Origin: Mobula hypostoma | Taxonomy: Eukaryota | Reading direction: 5' to 3' | NCBI RefSeq assembly: GCF_963921235.1 | Contig: NC_086107.1 | Location: 115,012,001-115,076,000, forward strand | DNA: 64,000 nucleotides | In this document: positions 51,301-61,027 of the stretch, one piece after another | Position numbering within the stretch: the first letter of the stretch is position 1 | Layout of the letters: each line of letters begins with the position of its first letter | Program-made: the position numbers and the translations under genes | Notes under the pieces: generated by a model | Databases searched by the model: none | Told to the model about the DNA's origin: nothing | What the model saw: only the letters and a program-made list of their open reading frames with translations

Positions 51301-54300
51301 TAGTAAGTAGAGAGCGTCGCGCCGAGGGAGGGCATTACTGTCATATCCGTACTCCCTCCTCCCTTATTTCCTCTCCCCATCGACCTCCTTACCCTCAATC
51401 CATCCTAAACTCTCACTCATAAACATTCCTTCTCACTCTGCAAACGTCTCCCCTTCACCTTCGTCTATCTTACACCACTCCTCTCTTCTTCCACCTCTTT
51501 TTCCTCTCTTAACCCTTTCCCAGCCCCGTACCTCACTCCCTCCCCTCTCTATTTCCAATCTATTTCCTCTTCCTTTCCTCTAATTAATCCACTCTATCCT
51601 TTCCCATTCTTTCTCATTTAATTAGCCCTTCATTCCCCCTTTCCTTCTATCCTCCTCCCTTCCCCTTCTCTCTCCTTCCTCCTCTCTGTCTCACCCTACC
51701 AATCTCTCCCCTTCTCCCTTTCTTCGTTTTTCCTACTCTATTTCTCCCATTCAATCTTCCACTCTCTCTTCCTCATTATCTCTCTGCATAATATGCCCTC
51801 TCTTCACGGCCCTCCTACTTCCTCTTGCTCTCCTCACCCCCTTACTCACTCTCTCCAGGCCCAACCCTCTAGAACAGGAAGCTCCACTGGACATCCCCGC
51901 CCCCGACCATTCTTCCTTTCACCCTCCAGCCTTGACCCTCCCCTCCTCTCCCCTGTCCTCACCGATTTTTCCGATGTCCAGCGGAGCTTCCGCTTCCAGC
52001 TGGTCTCCGAACCGGATGCATTTTCCTGGGAACCACGTGTTTCTCATGCATCCGTGCACCGTGTTGGGATCACAGACCTGGGGGGGCGGGGGCGGGGAGA
52101 GAGAGAGAGAGAGAGAGTTACCAAGAGAAGCACCTTCCCCATTCCCTCCAATCACCAGTCAAGCCCTCGCCTTTCCGCCCTCGACGCCCCACCCCCAGTG
52201 ACACCAGAGGGCTACGGTTTGTGGGAGGAGAGCTAAGCACCAATGAGGGAGAGGCGCGGGCTGGAAAGAGGGACAGGTAGGAAAAAAGGGAATATTTGGG
52301 AGGGGTGGAGGGCGAGGCAGCTAGAATGTTGGAGGGAGTAGGAAAGGGAGGGCAGGGGAGGGAGTGGAAAGAAGGAGGGATGAATGGAATCTGACAGGAT
52401 GCGGTTGAAGAGGGATGGAGCGGCCATGGAAAAGAGAGAGGTCGCTACTTAGGGAGCGAAGGAGGAAGTGTTCAAATTTCAAAGTACAGCTGTAAAGGGA
52501 AGGGCGACTGGGATGAGAGCTGGGGCCTGAGAGGCGAGGATACGTAGGGTAGGGACGGAAAGGACGGGACGTGAGGAACCTACCACCAGTTGGGGCCCCG
52601 AAGAGTCCATTGTAAGCATGGCGGTGTTGTTGAAGGAGTCTGCGGGAACAGTGAGAGACACGGCCGTCAGCGTGCGCGTGCCACTGGCACAGACAATTTC
52701 CTCCTCTCCCACCACCTTGGTTCCCTTTCCACACGGCTCCACTCCCCCTCGCCTCACTCTTTCCCCTGTTCCAGCACTTTCCCTTACCCTAACTCTCCCC
52801 TTTTTCTTGTTTCCATCCACTGCTCTCCCACGTGCCTCCCCTTATCTCCCCTGACCTCTCCTGTCCGCTCCCTCCCACGCCATCATCCAACTCTCCGCTT
52901 TCCTGGCCTCTCCTCTCTCCCCTTCCTCCCCTCTCCTTTGCCTCTCCACCTTCCGGGCTCCCGGCTCCCGCCCCTCTCTCTCCTCCTTCCTTCCTCCCTC
53001 CCTCGGTCCCCGCTAACTCCAGGCCCAACAATTTCCCCCTTCCCTTCCTCTCTTGCCCCTCGCCTAAACCCTCCACGTTGCATAATTCCTTCTCACTCCC
53101 TCTACCGCATTCCCTCCACCACTCTCCTCGCCTCCTCTCTTCGCACCCTCCCTCTCCCCTCGCTCTTTTCCCTACTGTCCCCTCTATTCAATTCGCTCTC
53201 GTCCCCTCGGCTTACTTCCTCCCACTTCTCGTACCCCTACCATTGCCCCCTTCCCTCACCTCCCTCCCTTCCCTTGTGCTGTCCCCTCATTGTGTCACCA
53301 CCACCAGCCCTCCGGGATCACTCACCAGTGACGTTGGTGGGGTGGCAGTCACCGCCTGCGATCGAGCAGCGCAGTAAGATGGCGCTTCCCATCTCGTCCT
53401 TTCCCGTCACTCCGATCCTGCGGGAGTGGATAAAGGGTGCAAAGTCGTAATTCCGGGGCACCAGAAGAGGGAGGAACGAGAGGGCTGTGAGGGGTGAAAG
53501 AGGAGGGCGGGGAGGGAAGGACGACGGGGATGAGAGTGGAAGAGGGGAGCGGCGTCGAGGGATGAGAGAGGAGGGAGGACTTGAAGGTAATGAGGAGAGA
53601 GGAAGGGCCAGCACGGAGGTGGCAGAGGATGGAGTGGGTGGAGTTGTGAATCGGTAAGGAGTGGAGAGGAAGGGACGACGGAGAGATTTGGAGGTGCAGT
53701 GAGGAAGGAACGAGAGGGACGGCGGCAAGATCAGAGGGAGAAGGAAGGGGAGTGAGGTGGGAGGGTGGGGCGGCGAGGGTGGACGAATGGGGAGGAGGAC
53801 GCACTGTAGAGATGTACGGATTTGTGGAGAGAGTGGGTGCTCCGTGGAGGAATGAGTGGCAGGGAGAGAAGCGGAATGAGAGAGAGCATTGCTGGAGAGG
53901 AGGCAGGCAGGGACTCGGGGAAGCAGTGCGGAAGGAGGGGCGCTGCGTAGGATAGGAGAGCCACGGGTGGGGTGATGAGGAATAAACGCCAGTAGGGAAG
54001 GAGGGAGCACCGTGGGTAGGGAGCAGCAAGGAAACAGAGCCGTGGGAGAGGCGGTAAGGAAGGGAGGGATGGATGGGCAGGGGGGAGAGAGCACTGATGA
54101 GAAGTGGAGAGTAAGGGCGAGGATGCTGTGCTGCGGCAGCAGAGATAAGGGGAGAGCGAGGAGGGGAGGAAAGTGAGGTACGGAAAAGAATGAGTGATAG
54201 GGAGGGGCTGCGAGGAGGAAGGGACAGGAGGAAGAGAAAGCAGCTTCGAGGAACAAGAGGGAGGGACAGCCAGAAGGATGGAGTGCCGCAGGAAGGGCGG

Positions 54301-57300
54301 CTAGGAGACATTGGGTAACAGGGGGCGGTAGAAGAATGGATTAAACTTCCCAGCGGGAAGCAAGTGGATAGGCTCCCAGAGTCAGATGACAAGCCTCCCT
54401 AGTGATCTTGATGAGTGGTAGTGTGAGGGAGGCATCTTCTTAGAGCTGGCGCAGAATTTCTAGTCCTCCCTGGCTACAGCTGAGGTGCTAGAAGACTGGA
54501 GAACAACAAAACGTGGCGTCCTTACTGGAAGACGGCAGTCGGAAATAGTACTGGGGATCAGTATTCAAGTGATGGGGAGCCGTGGGAGGAAATTCTCGAG
54601 GTACTTAATCGGGGCGAACATAGAAGAGGATACTGTGTGTCCTCATCAGAGGGCAGAGGGGTCCTGTCCGGACCTGCTAAAGTCAGTTTATCCAGGCACA
54701 AGACCCTCGATGAGGGCGTCCTGGTCGATGTCATCTACACAGAGACGTCAGAAAAATACACTAATGGAGTCTGCACGGTGACCAGGAAATGAAATGAGAG
54801 CATTTGGAACCCAGGGCTCCTCGAGAAACTAGGTGCAAAGAAGGCTCAGTTGCCTAAGAGAGTACAGTATTGAGACGTCGTGTCCAAATCACGGAGAGTG
54901 ATGTGAAAGATGAGGGAAGTAATGGATTAAAAGTATTGTATATGAATGCACGGAGTATAAGAAATAAAGTGGATGAGCTTGAGGCTCAGTTGGAAATTGG
55001 CAAGTATGATGTTGTAGGAATAACAGAGACATGGCTGCAAGAGGACCAGGGCTGGGAAATGAAGATTCAACGGTATACGTCCTATCGAAAGGACAGACAG
55101 GTGGGCAGAAGGGGTGGGGTGGCTCTGTTGGTGAGGAATGATATTCAGTCCCTTGCGAGGGGTGACATAGAATCAGGAGATGTAGAGTCAGTATGGATAG
55201 AACTGAGAAATTGTAAGGGCAAAAAGAACCTGATGGGAGTTATCTACAGGCCCCCAAACAGTAGCCTGGATATAGGGTGCAAGTTAAATCAAGAGTTAAA
55301 ATTGGCATGTCGCAAAGGTAATGCTACATTTGTTAGAGGGGACTTCTACATGCAGGTAGACTGGGAAAATCAGGCTGGTACTGGACCCCAAGAAAGGGAG
55401 ATGGTGCAATGCCTTAGCGATGGATTCTTAGAGCAGCTTGTATTAGAGCCTACCAGGGAGAAGGCAATTCTGGATTTAGTGTTGTGTAATGAACCGGATT
55501 TGATTAGGGAACTCGTGGTAAAGGAGCCATTAGGAGGTAGTGACCATAATATGATAAGTTTTAATCTACAATTTGAGAGGCAGAAGGGAAAATCGGAAGT
55601 GTCAGTATTACAGTTGAACAAAGGGGATTATGAAGCCATGAAGGAGGAGCTGGCCAAAGTTGACTGGAAAGATACCCTAGCAGGGATGACAGTGGAACAA
55701 CAATGGCAGGTATTTCTGGGAATAATACAGAAGGTGCCGGATCAGTTCATTTCAAAGAGGAAGAAAGATTCTAAGGGGAGTAAGGGGCGACCGTGGCTGA
55801 CAAGGGAAGTCAAGGACAGTATAAAAATAAAAGAGAAGTATAACATAGCAAAGATGAGCGGGAAGCCAGAGGACTGGGAAACTTTTAAGGAGCAACAGAG
55901 GATAACTAAAAAGGCAATACGGGGAGAAAAGATGCGATACGAAGGTAAGCTAACCAAGAATATCAAGGAGCTTAGTAAAAGCTTCTTTAGGTATATGAAA
56001 GGAAAAAATTAGTTAAGACCAAAGTTGGGCCCTTGAAGACAGAAACGGGCGAATTTATTATGGGGAACAAGGAAATGGCAGACGAGTTGAACAGATACTT
56101 TGGATCTGTCTTCACTATGGAAGACACAAACGATCTCCCAGATGTAATAGTGGCCGGAGGACCTAGGGTAACGGAGGAACTGAAGGAGATTCACATTAGG
56201 CAGAAAATGGTGTTGGATAGACTGATGGGACTGAAGGCTGATAAATCCCCAGGGTCTGATGGTCTGCACCCCAGGGTACTTAAGGAAGTGGCTCTAGAAA
56301 TTGTGGACGTATTGGTAATCATTTTCCAATGTTCTATAGATTCAGGATCAGTTCCTGAGAACTGGAGGGTAGTTAATGCTATCCCACTTTTTAAGAAAGG
56401 AGAGACAGAGAAAACAGGGAATTATAGACCAGTTAGTCTGACATCAGTGGTGGGGAAGATGCTGGAGTCAATTATACAGGATGAAATAGCGGCATATTTG
56501 GATAGCAGTAACAGGATCGGTCCGAGTCAGTATGGATTTACGAAGGGGAAATCATGCTTGACTAATCTTCTGGAATTTCTTGAGGATGTATATATGAAAA
56601 TGGACAAGGGAGAGCCAATGGATGTAGTGTACCTGGACTTTCAGAAAGCCTTTGATAAGGTCCCATATTGGAGATTAGTGGGCAAAATTAGAGCACATGG
56701 AATTGGGAGTAGGGTACTGACATGGATAGAAAATTGGTTGGCCGACAGGAAACAAAGAGTAGGGATTCAGAATGGCAGGAGGTGACTAATGGGGTACCAC
56801 AAGGCTCGATGCTGGGACCGCAGCTATTTACAATATACGTTAATGATTTAGATGAAGGGATTAAAAGTAACATTAGCAAATTTACAGATGACACAAAGCT
56901 GGGTGGCAGTGTGAAGTTTGCGGAGGATGTCGTGATAATGCAGGATGACTTGGACAGGCTGGGTGAGTGGGCAGATGCAGTTTAATGTGGATAAATGTGA
57001 GGTTATCCACTTTGGTGGTAAGAACAGGAAGTCAGATTATTATCTAAATAGAATCGTTAGGAAAAGTGGAAGTACAACGAGATCTAGGGGTTCTCGTATA
57101 TGAGTTACTGAAAGCAAACATGCAGATACAGCAGGCAGTGAAGAAAACTAATGGCATGTTCGCCTTCATAACAAGGGGAGTTGAGTATAGGAGCAAAGAG
57201 GTCCTTCTGCAGTTGTACAGGGCCCTGGTGAGACCACACCTGGGGTAATGTGTACAGCTTTGGTCTCCAAATTTGAGGAAGGACATTCTTGCTATTGAGG

Positions 57301-59761
57301 GAGTGCAGCGTAGGTTCACGAGGCTAATTCCCGGGATGGCGGGACAGTCATATGTTGAAAGATTGGAGCGACTGGGCTTGTATACACTGGAATTTAGAAG
57401 GATGAGAGGGGATCTGATCGAAACATATAAGATTATTAAGGGATTGGACACGCTAGAGGCAGGAAACATGTTCTCGATGTTGGGGGAGTCCAGACCCAGG
57501 GGCCACAATTTGAGAATAATGGGTAGGCCATTTAGAACGGAGTTGAGGAAATACTTTTTCACCCAGAGAGTGGTGGATATATGGAATGCTCTGTCCCAGA
57601 AGTCAGTGGAGGCCAATTCTCTGGATGCTTTCAAGAAAGAGTTAGATAGAGCTCTTAATGATAGCGGAATCAAGGGATATGGGGAGATGGCAGGAACGGG
57701 GTACTGATTCTGGATGATCAGCCATGATCACAGTGAATGGCGGTGCTGACTGGAAGGGCCGAATGGCCTACTTCTGCACCTAATATCTATTCTCTGTTGT
57801 CTATTATCACACACCAATCCGGGAGTCAGACGCAGAGGAAACTCACTCTGCACCGTCCCATTACACACTCCCGGACAGACTCAGAGTGAAGTCCCCTCCA
57901 CAGAGTCATTCTCTCTCCTTGTCGCTGACCCTTGCCCACACCCTCCCATTTCCCGCCAAACTCACCAGTTATTCCGATCGTCTCCAAACTGGAACACGCG
58001 CTCACCGAACTCGGACCCATTCCCGGTGGCGATTATGGTCGGTCCGTCTGTGTCGAGATTAAAGCAGTGGGCGGTGAGCGCCAGCGATAGGACACCTGTG
58101 TGTGGGGAGAATATAGAGTGAAATTCCCTCTTCTCCGTCCTGTCACCACACTCTCAGAGTCAGACACAGAGAGAAGCTCCGTTACTGCCGTCTCGTCATA
58201 CAGAAACCTATAAAACACGCAAGGATGCAAAGGCATCACGGAAACTCCCCCCCCCCCATGGATTCTGTTTATATTTCTCGCTGGGGTGCATGGGGTGTCC
58301 AGGGGAGGGGTAACTCCTCTGGTGGCGAGCTTGTCGTGCTGCGCCCTGGGGCAGATCACCCAACTTTGGTCTCCACCTGCCACCCAGCTCTCACATGTTT
58401 TTCCAAGTACCTGTTTGCATGCGACAGCGGCCACACCCCGGGAACACCGCTTCGACAGGTGAGGGTAGCCGGGAGCCTCCAACCCCGGTGAGATAGGGAT
58501 ATGTCTACCCCAACATGCGTAGCCAGTTCAGGCGGACTGGGTGGATGAGATCAGCTACAAGATCCATCGGCCGAGACCGTGGCTCTGCAACGCTTCGTGG
58601 AGAGCGATGGGCGTGACAGGGCACAGAAGGCGGCACGGCTAATCGCTGCAGTCCAAGAAGTCTCCAATAGTGATGATCTTTCGTACCATTGGACCAAGAT
58701 ACTTGAGGCCGAGAGAATAGAATTGTCCCACCCAGTACAACGGTTTTTTCTCTATAAAACTCCTCCCGCACAGGTTTTTTTTATCTCCCATACAACTCTT
58801 CACCCAGTCAATTGATAATCTGCACAGAAATGATGGTAACCAACGAATTTCTCGCTGCCCCAGTAAAGCATCCAACAAAATCAAAGTGCCCAATCCATCC
58901 CGGATATTCTCTCTTCTCTCCCTCCTTTCGGCCGGAAGATACAAAGGAGGGGAATCACACCCACCCGGCTCAAGGATGCTTCTACTCCGCTGATATGAGA
59001 TATTGATTCGCCTCCTTGTCTGATCAGACGGACCATTTACCACTTGCACCCCTATTGTCTGCCTGCACTTGCACTGTAAACTCTGACGCTTTATTCTGCA
59101 TTCTGTTATTGCTTTATCTTACTCTGCCTCGATATACTGAATTGATCTGTATGAACAGTGAGCAAGATAAATGTTTAAGTGAACCACAGTATTCATGATA
59201 ACAATAAGCCAATGTATTACTGTCACATCAAGATAAGTGAAAAGTTTTTGTGCCGCCCAGACAGATCACTTCATACACAGGCACATCAAGGAGCCACACC
59301 TGAGCAATGTACGTTAGCCCACTACTGTATACCCTCTGAACTCGTGAATGTGCACAGCTCATTCGTCACCTATAAATTTCCCGATGCACTAGTTATTGGC
59401 TGTATCTTAGGTGGCGATGTGGGAGCGCACAGGAATGAGATAGATAGGCTGGTTGAGTCATGTCAGCAAGACTCAAGAATTGTCTGTGGACCGCGGGACG
59501 AAAGGGTCCGGATATCAAACCTGGAATAGTAGTGATCATCGAGTGATCGTTCTTCTCCCCCCTTTCCTCCCTCCACTACCCCCCTCACGACCATCCGCCC
59601 CTCCTTCTGAAACTGATAATCACTTTATTAGGTCTTGCACGATAGATGTCAGTGGTAATGAACCCAATTGTGATCCCGATTTGAGGTGGTAATGTGGGAA
59701 ACTCACCCGCTATCCCGAACAGCTCCCAGATGGATCCCGCATTCCTCGATCTCAGAAACAT
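18393..59761 (-). CDS. Leukocyte I-domain integrin alpha chain (CD11 family, integrin alpha-M/X/D/L-like); 30 coding exons, 1189 aa
   Basis: Hand-spliced exons give one open frame of 3570 nt with canonical GT/AG sites and matching phases. Motifs: FNLD, DGSNS...T...ITDG (MIDAS), KIYEIEGT, FG-GAP repeats with DLDGDG/DLNGDG/DMTGD Ca2+ loops, genu CGNDEIC, RGEDSY, TM, WKFGFFKR. The paralogue identity cannot be fixed without a phylogeny. Confidence 0.95.
19031..19138 (-). CDS. integrin alpha exon 29, transmembrane (…[23 protein letters not shown])
   Basis: Hydrophobic TM segment ending in WK, spliced to GFFKR. Confidence 0.95.
19620..19724 (-). CDS. integrin alpha exon 28 ([35 protein letters not shown])
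   Basis: cccacAG acceptor, GTAATG donor, phases 0/0. Confidence 0.85.
19953..20051 (-). CDS. integrin alpha exon 27 ([33 protein letters not shown])
   Basis: Phases 0/0; C.....F.L.G calf-2 pattern. Confidence 0.85.
20882..20953 (-). CDS. integrin alpha exon 26 ([24 protein letters not shown])
   Basis: cctacAG acceptor, GTTAGA donor, phases 0/0; unique island between low-complexity tracts. Confidence 0.8.
21818..21928 (-). CDS. integrin alpha exon 25 ([17 protein letters not shown]...W...)
   Basis: V.NLG...P motif; canonical splice sites. Confidence 0.92.
22533..22605 (-). CDS. integrin alpha exon 24 ([24 protein letters not shown])
   Basis: T.YI.FT...H.Y calf-2 motif. Confidence 0.9.
23102..23185 (-). 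CDS. integrin alpha exon 23 (SNTDS...[13 protein letters not shown])
   Basis: P.KYAV motif; 84 nt, phases 2/2. Confidence 0.9.
23897..25490 (-). mobile_element. Tc1-like DNA transposon, near full length, frameshifted transposase (intron 22)
   Basis: ORFs 24133..24480 ([22 protein letters not shown]) and 24422..24871 ([11 protein letters not shown]). ~200-bp imperfect inverted termini; left end preceded by TA. Confidence 0.92.
25604..25683 (-). CDS. integrin alpha exon 22 ([26 protein letters not shown])
   Basis: 80 nt, phases 0/2; FD...W pattern. Confidence 0.9.
26192..26293 (-). CDS. integrin alpha exon 21 (DSRVEC...[15 protein letters not shown])
   Basis: C.I.HPIF motif; GTAAGT donor. 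Confidence 0.93.
27102..27240 (-). CDS. integrin alpha exon 20, calf-1 (TLVLG...LENRGEDSY...PPGL)
   Basis: N.GEDSY motif. Confidence 0.94.
27513..27586 (-). CDS. integrin alpha exon 19, genu ([24 protein letters not shown])
   Basis: CG.D..C..DL-type genu motif; 74 nt. Confidence 0.93.
27962..28099 (-). CDS. integrin alpha exon 18 ([17 protein letters not shown]...PVL...)
   Basis: C.ED..P....NFS motif. Confidence 0.92.
28978..29129 (-). CDS. integrin alpha exon 17 ([13 protein letters not shown]...RA...CVQHNIWLP)
   Basis: Thigh motif Y.L.LD..R...RA; phases 1/0. Confidence 0.92.
30393..31072. mobile_element. Non-autonomous DNA-transposon-like (MITE) insertion
   Basis: CpG-rich insert splitting the LINE. 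TACTTCTGCG at the left end vs GCAGAGGTATAAA at the right end; 20-bp palindrome at 30998-31017. Confidence 0.5.
30574..30874. mobile_element. Penelope-derived fold-back element (ribozyme cores deleted)
   Basis: Inverted arms ACAACAGGAATTCTGCAGATGCTGG...; TTTTAAAA at both ends. Confidence 0.8.
32111..32268 (-). CDS. integrin alpha exon 16 (SRPVLEV...[13 protein letters not shown])
   Basis: RSRPV thigh-domain start; phases 2/1. Confidence 0.93.
32596..32726 (-). CDS. integrin alpha exon 15 ([43 protein letters not shown])
   Basis: Seventh FG-GAP repeat; 131 nt. Confidence 0.95.
32978..33801. mobile_element. Probable solo LTR containing a (TA)n tract
   Basis: Begins TGTGAC and ends GTCAC; AATAAA at ~33712; no coding; splits a CCATTAACCC-type degenerate repeat. 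Confidence 0.55.
34141..34344 (-). CDS. integrin alpha exon 14 (...[40 protein letters not shown]...YSQ)
   Basis: FG-GAP repeat; 204 nt, phases 0/0; this frame is not shown in the ORF track. Confidence 0.96.
34930..35185 (+). mobile_element. V-SINE, full length with tRNA-like head
   Basis: Box A/B-like head GGCATCATGGTAG...GTTCAGTTCC, V-domain core, AT-rich tail; a second partial copy at 35430-35580. Confidence 0.7.
36016..36156 (-). CDS. integrin alpha exon 13 ([30 protein letters not shown]...)
   Basis: FG-GAP repeat with Ca2+ loop. Confidence 0.97.
36430..36578 (-). CDS. integrin alpha exon 12 (YSMG...[16 protein letters not shown]...GEQ)
   Basis: GAPRYQHxG FG-GAP motif. Confidence 0.95.
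36640..37830. repeat. 24-bp minisatellite (GAGGGACGGGGTCACAGAGACGCT)n, ~49 copies, intron 11
   Basis: Direct inspection; produces the spurious ORFs (VTPSLSVS)n and (RDGVTETL)n. Confidence 0.97.
38506..38632 (-). CDS. integrin alpha exon 11 ([16 protein letters not shown]...NSYL)
   Basis: [11 protein letters not shown] motif. Confidence 0.96.
39960..41207 (+). mobile_element. CR1 5' UTR plus ORF1 (Zn-finger/leucine zipper and SGNH esterase), frameshifted, without adjoining ORF2
   Basis: MWE...[23 protein letters not shown]...[22 protein letters not shown]. Confidence 0.85.
41990..42432. repeat. 41-bp minisatellite (AAACTCAGGCAAATGGGACAGGTTCAGATGGGGAAAGGGTT)n, ~11 copies
   Basis: CTCAGG recurs at 42191 and 42232. 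Confidence 0.95.
42577..42650 (-). CDS. integrin alpha exon 10 ([24 protein letters not shown])
   Basis: SF.xEMSQ.GFS motif; 74 nt. Confidence 0.95.
43268..43415 (-). CDS. integrin alpha exon 9, I-domain end (VGNSF...IASSP...LKSKIYEIE)
   Basis: IAS.P motif and KI..IEG carrying the internal-ligand Glu; canonical splice sites. Confidence 0.95.
43620..44190 (+). mobile_element. Penelope-like GIY-YIG remnant
   Basis: [15 protein letters not shown]...[17 protein letters not shown]. Confidence 0.7.
44898..44935 (-). ncRNA. Minimal hammerhead ribozyme motif (mirror copy, sense in the integrin pre-mRNA)
   Basis: Exact reverse complement of 45052-45089. Confidence 0.65.
45052..45089 (+). ncRNA. Minimal type-I hammerhead ribozyme motif
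   Basis: TAGTC-CTGACGA-A-GGGT(CTCG)GCCC-GAAA-CG-TC^GACTG: helix I TAGTC/GACTG, conserved core, palindromic ACGT helix III. Confidence 0.65.
48141..48356. repeat. Compound (TG)n/(CG)n microsatellite
   Basis: Direct inspection. Confidence 0.95.
49610..49763 (-). CDS. integrin alpha exon 8, I-domain ([22 protein letters not shown]...AIG)
   Basis: GAR...K.LIVITDG motif; GTAGGT donor. Confidence 0.95.
50088..50590. repeat. ~52-bp satellite (CCCTCCACACCGTCCCATCACACACTCCCGGGGTCAGACACAGAGTGAAACT)n
   Basis: CCGTCC recurs at 50151 and 50203; dispersed copies at 36210-36400, 57806-57905 and 58100-58200. Confidence 0.9.
50609..50757 (-). CDS. integrin alpha exon 7, I-domain (FAIVQYS...[11 protein letters not shown])
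   Basis: Absent from the ORF track. ctctccAG acceptor, GTAACT donor; VWA motifs FAIVQYS and TFTATGI (MIDAS Thr). Confidence 0.93.
51100..51227 (-). CDS. integrin alpha exon 6, I-domain start ([17 protein letters not shown]...)
   Basis: MIDAS DxSxS motif; canonical splice sites. Confidence 0.95.
51963..52077 (-). CDS. integrin alpha exon 5 ([38 protein letters not shown])
   Basis: Three-Cys pattern of blade 2; AG acceptor and GTGAGG donor. Confidence 0.9.
52584..52639 (-). CDS. integrin alpha exon 4 ([19 protein letters not shown])
   Basis: cccgcAG acceptor, GTAGGT donor, phases 1/0. Confidence 0.8.
53326..53417 (-). CDS. integrin alpha exon 3 ([30 protein letters not shown])
   Basis: cccgcAG acceptor, GTGAGT donor, phases 2/1; carries the blade-1 C-x6-C pair. 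Confidence 0.85.
54893..57805 (+). mobile_element. CR1 LINE, near-complete ORF2 (APE endonuclease and RT) with frameshifts; possible ATCAC TSD (intron 2)
   Basis: [60 protein letters not shown] at 54888-54892 and 57806-57810. Confidence 0.95.
57966..58095 (-). CDS. integrin alpha exon 2 ([42 protein letters not shown])
   Basis: cacacAG acceptor, GTGAGT donor; FNLD is the canonical mature N-terminus of integrin alpha chains. Confidence 0.92.
59707..59761 (-). CDS. integrin alpha coding exon 1 (signal peptide start [18 protein letters not shown])
   Basis: ATG in CCGAAGATGT context. The phase-1 donor G|GTGAGT joins exon 2 to give the signal peptide ...[18 protein letters not shown]. Confidence 0.75.
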
Positions 59762-61027
59762 CTTCGGTGGCAAATATCATCCAATCAGCTCTTGTCAACG
59801 GCGGCCCAGACAGGGGGAGGCGAGGCAATACCCGTCTGTGGAGAGAGAAACCATCAACAACTGGGGTCGGGGATTGTGAGAACAGAGAGGGGAGCAAGCT
59901 TGTTTGCGGCTCGAGATGCGGCATTGTGGGGAGGTGAGGACCGGGACAGGAGGGAAGGGAATAGAGTGGAATATGGCAGGGAGGGCAGAGTGGGCGTCCC
60001 CGAAAATAGGCGAACAGCCCCGGAGTGAGCGCGGTGTGGGGGGAAGGAGTGTGGGCTGGAGGGCTGGAGGCAGATCTTGTCCTGTTACATGCCGACTGAA
60101 AGAGGACAAGGGGACACCAGCAGCTCGACTTCGTGCGGAGAATTGGTATGTCGCTGAACACTCCTGCAAACTTCTACAGATGGACCGTGGAGAGTAGGTC
60201 AGCTGGTTCAATGGTGTCGCAACAGCAACCTCGCACTCAACCTCAGCAAGGCCAAGGAACTAGCTGAGGACTTCAGGAAGAGGATATCGGGAAACATTCA
60301 GCAGTCCTCATCGAGGGGACAGTGGTGAAAAGGGGGGAAGCCCGAAGCTCCTAAGCGTTATCGCTGAGGATCTGTCCTTGGCCCAACACACTGATGCAGT
60401 CTCGACGAAGGCACACCAGCGGCTCTACATCATCAGGAGTTTGAGGGGAGTCAGTGTGTCACCAAAGGCCCTAGCAAACGTTCCAGCATTCTGCCTGGTT
60501 GCACTACCGTCTAGGGGCATCTGTTACTGCCATCAGGATGCAGGTGCAGGAGCCTGAAGTCACACCAGCAGGGATTCAGGAACACGATCTTCTCCCCTGC
60601 TCTCGGATTAATGACGCCATTAACACCACCACTACCCACCTTTCGCACTCTTTGCATAGTTTTGTAACTTTTCTTAGTCTATATGTCTCGCTCTGTACTG
60701 CTCCGGCAAAACAGGACTACAGTGCATCAGTGATAATAAACCTGATTCTGAATCGAAAAGTATCTGCATTTCATCAGGATTTAATATGATGATAGACTCC
60801 TTAACAGAACCGAGATCTTGCCGTTCAGGTCCATAGTTCACCGTGAGCAGCCACACAAGTGGGTAAGGCGGTAAGGAAGGCGTGTAACATACATGAAAGT
60901 TGCACGTGAACGCAGCAGGCCAGGCAGCATCTATTGGAAGAGGTAAAGTCGACGTTTAGGGCCGAGACCCTTCGTCAGGACTCACATCAAAGAAGACGTG
61001 TATTTGGTTTGTTAAGTAAGGAAATCG

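Noticed and set aside
53440..53490. Upstream 'SGAPE' reading that might restore the blade-1 GAP motif
   Set aside because: It is in a different frame from the cysteine-containing exon 3 sequence, and that frame stops at 53349.
58280..58500. Possible HDV-like ribozyme in a retroposon 5'-UTR-like segment (GGGGTGT...ACACCCCGG pairing)
   Set aside because: I could not assemble the P2/P3/L3 nested pseudoknot or place the catalytic C by eye; it would need an RNAMotif or Infernal search.
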